A stretch of DNA of 52,683 nucleotides from the IMG/VR virus record IMGVR_UViG_3300033153_001326, positions 1-52,683 of that record, one strand, 5' to 3'. Below are positions 48,148 to 52,683 of the stretch, piece after piece (position 1 is the first letter of the stretch; the number at the start of each line of letters is the position of its first letter). Made by a program: the position numbers and the translations under genes. A model generated the notes under the pieces. The model was not told where the DNA came from, did no database searches, and was given only the letters and a program-made list of their open reading frames with translations. The stretch comes from a virus. Taxonomy: Duplodnaviria > Caudoviricetes.

Positions 48148-49566
48148 TTAGTTGATAGAAATGCGCCAGTAGCCAGGATTATATGTTGCTAGATACGTGT
48201 ATACCCATTGATCGTCAGCAAATCTGTAATGCTGCGCGTCTGTAAGATTCACTACATACTGTGATACACTAATGGTAGATGCGTCAAAGCTAACGAACCA
48301 GTTAGTACCATTGTATTCAATGATGTCGTTCTCATACGCCACAATATCTCCCCACGGATTCAATCCATTACCTGTTTGGGCAATCAATTGCTCACCATCG
48401 TAGTCTTGATTGTTAGTCAGAAGTAGATAGCGTTGACCAACAGCCGCCGCTGGTAATGTACCACCTGGAAAGCTAGTGATTGGATTGATTATGTCATTGA
48501 CGGGCCCACTACCAATGGTGGTTGGCAATGTATCAGCATCGACAACAAACGTTGCAATGTTTTGTTCGGTGGCACTGACTTCTAATGAACCAAGTATATC
48601 ACCAAATGTTTCTTCAATATCATCTTCAGTCTTGAGTGTCATTACCGTGGTTTCAGGATCAATTTTGCCATACGTAGCAAACAAGTCTTCCCATGCTAAT
48701 GTAGTATCGGTTTGACCATACTCGTTCAATAGTTCAACTCTGCTAGTTGTAGAAGTGACAGGACTTACGTCGATACGATAGTTCCCTGGAGATATAATGA
48801 CTTGATCTAGTTCATCAAACACGCTACCAAGTGGATCGAAGATGCGATCTGTGTCTATGTTACTTACGTCAGTGTTATAGATATTCGTAACGATCTGTTC
48901 GATAATGGACTGACGCTTAACTTTGGCTGGTGGACTAATCCATGCAGTCATTTTGAATGTGAATGATGAGAAGTCATTAGCAATGTCTGTGCCCGCTGGC
49001 ACACCACGATTAGAGTAGTTCATATCAGTCATTTCAATCTCAGTGATTGACCCCCAATCCAACGGATTGTCATTTGTTTGAAGTTGAATTCCTGGATTGA
49101 ATATTGGAATGATCTGTTCCCATAGCTGTAGCTTATCTGTTGTGTTTGTTGTCCATAAGTCAAGTGCCATAGTTAAGTTGATTGGTACTGGCATGTGTCT
49201 CTCGACAGTATAGCGATTGCCCATTGTGTTTTCGTACAGGCCTGTTTGACCGTTGTATGTACGTTCAATTGCGCGAACTGGATTTACGTTAGTAGGATCT
49301 TGGCGACGATCATTCGCTATTTCTACTGCACGAATATATCCACTGAACATTGGTGCAGCGATAGAAGTATTCTGATCGTTGTTGCGTAGAATCTGCGCTA
49401 CCATTCTGCTCATGTCTCCATAAACAATAGGCACACGCTTTTGAGCTACCACACCATTTTCATCTGGTGCTAGTTCTATGCTGAAATCAGAGAAGATACG
49501 TAGAAACTGTAGTATGTATCGCCTGATCTGTTCGTCGTAAAAGAATGTTGACATATTAAAGTACAC
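48148..49566 (-). CDS. gp15: Tail sheath stabiliser/terminator (gp15-like) with C-terminal extension
   Basis: FFYDEQIRRYILQF.RIFS, RVPIVYG, PVP.NL...L.LW, QLWEQIIPIFNP; start may be the second Met. Confidence 0.78.
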   Translation of the reverse strand: MYFNMSTFFYDEQIRRYILQFLRIFSDFSIELAPDENGVVAQKRVPIVYGDMSRMVAQILRNNDQNTSIAAPMFSGYIRAVEIANDRRQDPTNVNPVRAIERTYNGQTGLYENTMGNRYTVERHMPVPINLTMALDLWTTNTTDKLQLWEQIIPIFNPGIQLQTNDNPLDWGSITEIEMTDMNYSNRGVPAGTDIANDFSSFTFKMTAWISPPAKVKRQSIIEQIVTNIYNTDVSNIDTDRIFDPLGSVFDELDQVIISPGNYRIDVSPVTSTTSRVELLNEYGQTDTTLAWEDLFATYGKIDPETTVMTLKTEDDIEETFGDILGSLEVSATEQNIATFVVDADTLPTTIGSGPVNDIINPITSFPGGTLPAAAVGQRYLLLTNNQDYDGEQLIAQTGNGLNPWGDIVAYENDIIEYNGTNWFVSFDASTISVSQYVVNLTDAQHYRFADDQWVYTYLATYNPGYWRISIN

Positions 49567-50194
49567 TAGCTCCTGGCATAGGGTTAAAGATACGAATTCC
49601 TGTCAGTGTGATTTGAGAAATATCTACATCGTTGCCGTGTGAGTTAATAATAAATACTCCACCGTTTGCAGCAAAGTCTCCACCGATAAACAATGGAATA
49701 ATAAAGTTGAATGCTTGCGGATCACCAGTAGCTTTTGCAAAGTTTGGTGAGTCAGTATAGATAATGTTACTTGCTGTCCCACCACCAGCAGGAGCAATTG
49801 GATCACTACCAACGTCAAGTTTTAAATCAAGATGGGGTGCCGTTCCACCTGTGAACTCACCAAACATTGATAGTCGAAGAACACCTGCACCATTAAGAAA
49901 AGGAGGAAAAAGTCTATCGTTTGCCTGATCCCATATTCCTGCAAAGCCAGGTGGATAACGCAATTCTTCTGCTGGATTAGAATTAATTGTAAGTTGTTGT
50001 GGAACACCATCTGCTAGTGTTGTAGCACCTGTTCCGTCGTCAAAGACGAACTCCCAACCTCCAGAAGTTGCAATCCAATCTGGAACACTAGTTACAAAGT
50101 CGCGTATGTCCTGTGCTGTAATAGATCCTGCCGCTTGATTGTCAGGAAAAATATTATTTTTTAAATCTGATTCTGTTCTTTTTGTATCTGCCAT
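49556..50194 (-). CDS. Hypothetical virion protein
   Basis: FPDN..GSITAQDIRDFV N-terminus; lies within a structural operon. Confidence 0.7.
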   Translation of the reverse strand: MADTKRTESDLKNNIFPDNQAAGSITAQDIRDFVTSVPDWIATSGGWEFVFDDGTGATTLADGVPQQLTINSNPAEELRYPPGFAGIWDQANDRLFPPFLNGAGVLRLSMFGEFTGGTAPHLDLKLDVGSDPIAPAGGGTASNIIYTDSPNFAKATGDPQAFNFIIPLFIGGDFAANGGVFIINSHGNDVDISQITLTGIRIFNPMPGASVL

Positions 50195-50205
50195 TGTATT
50201 ATCTC

Positions 50206-51411
50206 TTAGTCAAATTCTTCGCCAAAGATTGGGTCGAATAAGTTAGCTTCGTTACCCAGCGATGGTGCGTTAGGGTTTGTTGGTACTTCTTGTGGTGAGT
50301 CAGTGGGTTTAGCTTTTATCACTTTACTCAATGCTTGTCGTTGAGTAATGACTGTGCCATCATCCAACGTACTCGTACTCTCATTGTCAATAAATGTATC
50401 TAGCAATTGGTTTGCTCCTGTCCACGGTAACTTGCATTGATCGACTTCAATCTTCTTGAATGTAGACCCTTGCTTTTGGTATAGCACTGGACTATCAAAG
50501 TCTGTGCGTAACCAGTAGTCATTCTCCACTAATGTTTCAGGGAACGTTGATCCACTTCCAGCTAGTGTTAATCCATTTGGTGGAATGCCATCGCCCGTCT
50601 TAAACCATATAAGCTGATGCTCTTGTGTATTTGGATCAATCGTAATATACAAATTTGATGCATCATACCAAAGTGGGTCGCATCTTACGTTCTTTGCAGC
50701 CTCTTCAATGATAGCATCTGTAATTTCATCCAGCTTATCTTTATTACTTAGCGAATCTTCAAGTGTTTCATCACAACAATCATCATCGCCAGGTGGCAAT
50801 GATTCTAGTGTCTGACCATCTCCTGCTAGTCGATCAAGAATATCTTGATACTCAGTAGATGCTGGCATTTGCTTCGCACGTACTCTCCATAGATGTGAAT
50901 GCCAACGCGGGCCATAGCCTTCTGCGCTGTGTGATGCATCCTCAACCACATAGAAGCGATTGGTTGCTGCCTTTTCTTCATCCAGTCCATGATACTCTCT
51001 CAAGTGTGGGAGTTCAAGAACATCACCATTCATTAGCTTACGACCTAAGCGTTCCACATTCTCGTTCAAGTGGAATGTCATAAAGATTGTATCATCTGAT
51101 AAGAAGATACCAAACTGTGTCAAGTCAAAATCAGTATCAGATAGTGTATATGCTCCACGCATCTCAATAATGTCTGGTGCGTATTTACGATTACGATTCT
51201 CTAGAAACAGGACATCACCAATCGTCAATTCGTCAGTTGTTATACCATCACCAATATTGCTCTTGTTATCATCGCCTATCTGCTCAGTTGGGCCGATATA
51301 CTTGTGAACATATACGCCAGTACCGCCAAGATTTAGAAATTCCTTAGCGATGCGATCAATATACTTATAATCGTTCCCTTGTTCTGGTTTCCATAAACTG
51401 ATTTTTGGCAT
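50206..51411 (-). CDS. gp14: Neck/head-closure protein (gp14-like)
   Basis: Start re-called to MPKISLWK (51411); FLENRNRKY, FDLTQFGIFL, GRKLMNGDVLELPHL. Confidence 0.75.
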   Translation of the reverse strand: MPKISLWKPEQGNDYKYIDRIAKEFLNLGGTGVYVHKYIGPTEQIGDDNKSNIGDGITTDELTIGDVLFLENRNRKYAPDIIEMRGAYTLSDTDFDLTQFGIFLSDDTIFMTFHLNENVERLGRKLMNGDVLELPHLREYHGLDEEKAATNRFYVVEDASHSAEGYGPRWHSHLWRVRAKQMPASTEYQDILDRLAGDGQTLESLPPGDDDCCDETLEDSLSNKDKLDEITDAIIEEAAKNVRCDPLWYDASNLYITIDPNTQEHQLIWFKTGDGIPPNGLTLAGSGSTFPETLVENDYWLRTDFDSPVLYQKQGSTFKKIEVDQCKLPWTGANQLLDTFIDNESTSTLDDGTVITQRQALSKVIKAKPTDSPQEVPTNPNAPSLGNEANLFDPIFGEEFD

Positions 51412-51434
51412 TATTAATTCCTGGTTATATGTGT

Positions 51435-51442
51435 TATTTATC
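51435..51442 (-). promoter_or_regulatory. Late promoter for the neck operon
   Basis: GATAAATA upstream of the AGGA RBS. Confidence 0.7.
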
Positions 51443-51462
51443 ACATTCTCTGCTATTTTGCC

Positions 51463-51491
51463 TTGACAAACGCCCGTAGATGTAGTATCAT
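51463..51491 (+). promoter_or_regulatory. Sigma70-type promoter
   Basis: TTGACA, 17 nt, TATCAT. Confidence 0.7.
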
Positions 51492-51497
51492 TATAAA

Positions 51498-51738
51498 TAA
51501 TACTGAAGCAGGAGTATTTATTATACAGGAAATTTATAGAGAATGACTTAACTAATAGAGACAACAAATGTTTCCCGTTAGCATACTAGATAAGACGGGG
51601 CCACTGCCACATAGCGTAATAGACTTAACTATTTTACAGGCATGCAATACAAAGGTATGATACTTGACGTTAAGGCTCAATTGAGTGAGTATTAATTTTA
51701 TAGAAATAACTAAGTCATCTTCGGATGGCTTTTTCTTT
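51498..51738 (+). ncRNA. Candidate ~240-nt small RNA (or mRNA for a 30-aa peptide at 51568..51660)
   Basis: Bounded by a promoter and an intrinsic terminator; several hairpins; no long ORF. Confidence 0.45.
51712..51738 (+). terminator. Intrinsic terminator with UUCG tetraloop
   Basis: AAGTCATC-TTCG-GATGGCTT followed by TTTCTTT. Confidence 0.85.
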
Positions 51739-51768
51739 GCCTAATGTATTCACAGTTTACAATTTTTA

Positions 51769-51776
51769 GATAAATA
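51769..51776 (+). promoter_or_regulatory. Late promoter
   Basis: GATAAATA. Confidence 0.68.
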
Positions 51777-51841
51777 CTGTTATAAAATCCCTGACTGTAA
51801 CCCCATGTTGCAGACATAATATGACAGGAGAAGAATAAGAA

Positions 51842-52683
51842 GTGGCTACGGTACACAATATCAAAGGCACCAGCGTATCCTCGTTTCAAATCGGCAAAGC
51901 TGGCCCGACAATAACAGCAACAGGTGATGATCTTGATGTAGGTACTGCGGTATTAACAGCAGCACAGATGATTGCTGGCGACCCAGGAACGGAAGCTGCT
52001 GGAGTTACAGTCAATGGCGGCACTTACCAGGCATCAGCTAAAGTGTCAGACATTGGTGGTACAAACGCAGCACAGCTTCTTTTGCATCGTCATTCTACTA
52101 CTCTGCAATCAGTTCTCATAGGTGTTAGGTCCAAGAGTGATACGTCTGGTCATACAATAGTAGCTGATAATGATGTGTTAATGTCAGTTCTCGCTGCAGG
52201 CTGGGACGGCACTTCAACTTATTCGCTGTCGTCAGGAATTAATTTCGAAGTCGATGGCACTCCAGGCACAACAGACATGCCAGGCCAGATTACGTTTACG
52301 ACCGCAGCAGATGGTACGCAAACACTAGTTGAGCGTATGCGTATTCGAGCTACTGGTGATGTTGAGATTGATAATGCATTGGATGTTGCTGGTACAATAA
52401 CAGCAGCTAGTCTTGTACTTGATACAACACCACTAGCAGAAACATCAGGCGGCACAGGTACAGCGACATATGCAATTGGTGAGATACTTTATGCAGACGC
52501 ATCTAACTCATTAGCTAAATTAGCAGCAGGTACTGACGGTGATGTATTAACAGCGGCAGGTGCTGGCGTAATTCCAGCTTGGGAAACACCAACAGCAGGC
52601 ACAGTAACATCAGTTACAGGTGGCGTTGGTATTGATAGTACTGGCGGCGCAACACCAGACCTTACTGTTGATCTTGGCGAAGT
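51842..52683 (+). CDS. Tail-fibre-like protein, 3'-truncated by the window edge
   Basis: Manual translation from GTG 51842 (AGGAG RBS): MATVHNIKGTSVSSFQIGKAG...DMPGQITFTT...ERMRI; no complete ORF in the track, consistent with the frame running off the window. Confidence 0.8.
   Translation, partial: MATVHNIKGTSVSSFQIGKAGPTITATGDDLDVGTAVLTAAQMIAGDPGTEAAGVTVNGGTYQASAKVSDIGGTNAAQLLLHRHSTTLQSVLIGVRSKSDTSGHTIVADNDVLMSVLAAGWDGTSTYSLSSGINFEVDGTPGTTDMPGQITFTTAADGTQTLVERMRIRATGDVEIDNALDVAGTITAASLVLDTTPLAETSGGTGTATYAIGEILYADASNSLAKLAAGTDGDVLTAAGAGVIPAWETPTAGTVTSVTGGVGIDSTGGATPDLTVDLGE

Noticed and set aside
51412-51567. N-terminal extension of the gp14-like ORF given in the track
   Set aside because: It overlaps promoters; the RBS and late promoter point to ATG 51411. 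Similar over-extensions were corrected for purF, the HNH gene and 34945..35421.
1-52683. Alternative genetic code (stop-codon reassignment)
   Set aside because: Core genes are full length under code 11, and all three stop codons terminate coupled genes.

Overview
A 52.7-kb segment of a large T4-superfamily myovirus genome. Its gene order resembles RaK2/GAP32-type jumbo phages, and a gammaproteobacterial host is inferred from purF and consensus sigma70 promoters; both are inferences, with no searches run. In order it contains: a minus-strand late block (small putative internal head proteins, baseplate wedge gp6, gp25); a plus-strand early accessory array of about 30 small genes (5.2-13.0 kb) with many membrane proteins and lipoproteins and two paralog families sharing a C-terminal F-x-x-K/R-L-K motif; a minus-strand hub block (gp5, gp27-like, gp53, gp48/54-like); a sigma70-driven operon (late sigma gp55, gp47/gp46, purF, type II glutamine synthetase, Holliday-junction resolvase); a ~500-bp ORF-free, highly structured region; gp26 with a start-less gp51-like frame; tape-measure-like protein; portal; an early island with an HNH endonuclease; head genes gp21-22-23; tail-fibre genes; NUDIX; and gp15- and gp14-like genes. 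The best candidates for novelty are (1) a large structured ncRNA followed by a GCGAAGC hairpin cluster after the resolvase, (2) a lambda G/GT-like -1 frameshift joining gp26 to gp51, (3) an expanded small-protein family with a shared terminal motif, (4) a coupled purF-glnII module, and (5) a promoter/terminator-bounded sRNA candidate. Three tandem duplications (26, 4 and 70 nt) break the portal and a tail-fibre gene and are probably assembly artefacts. No tRNA, rRNA, CRISPR array or reverse transcriptase was recognised.
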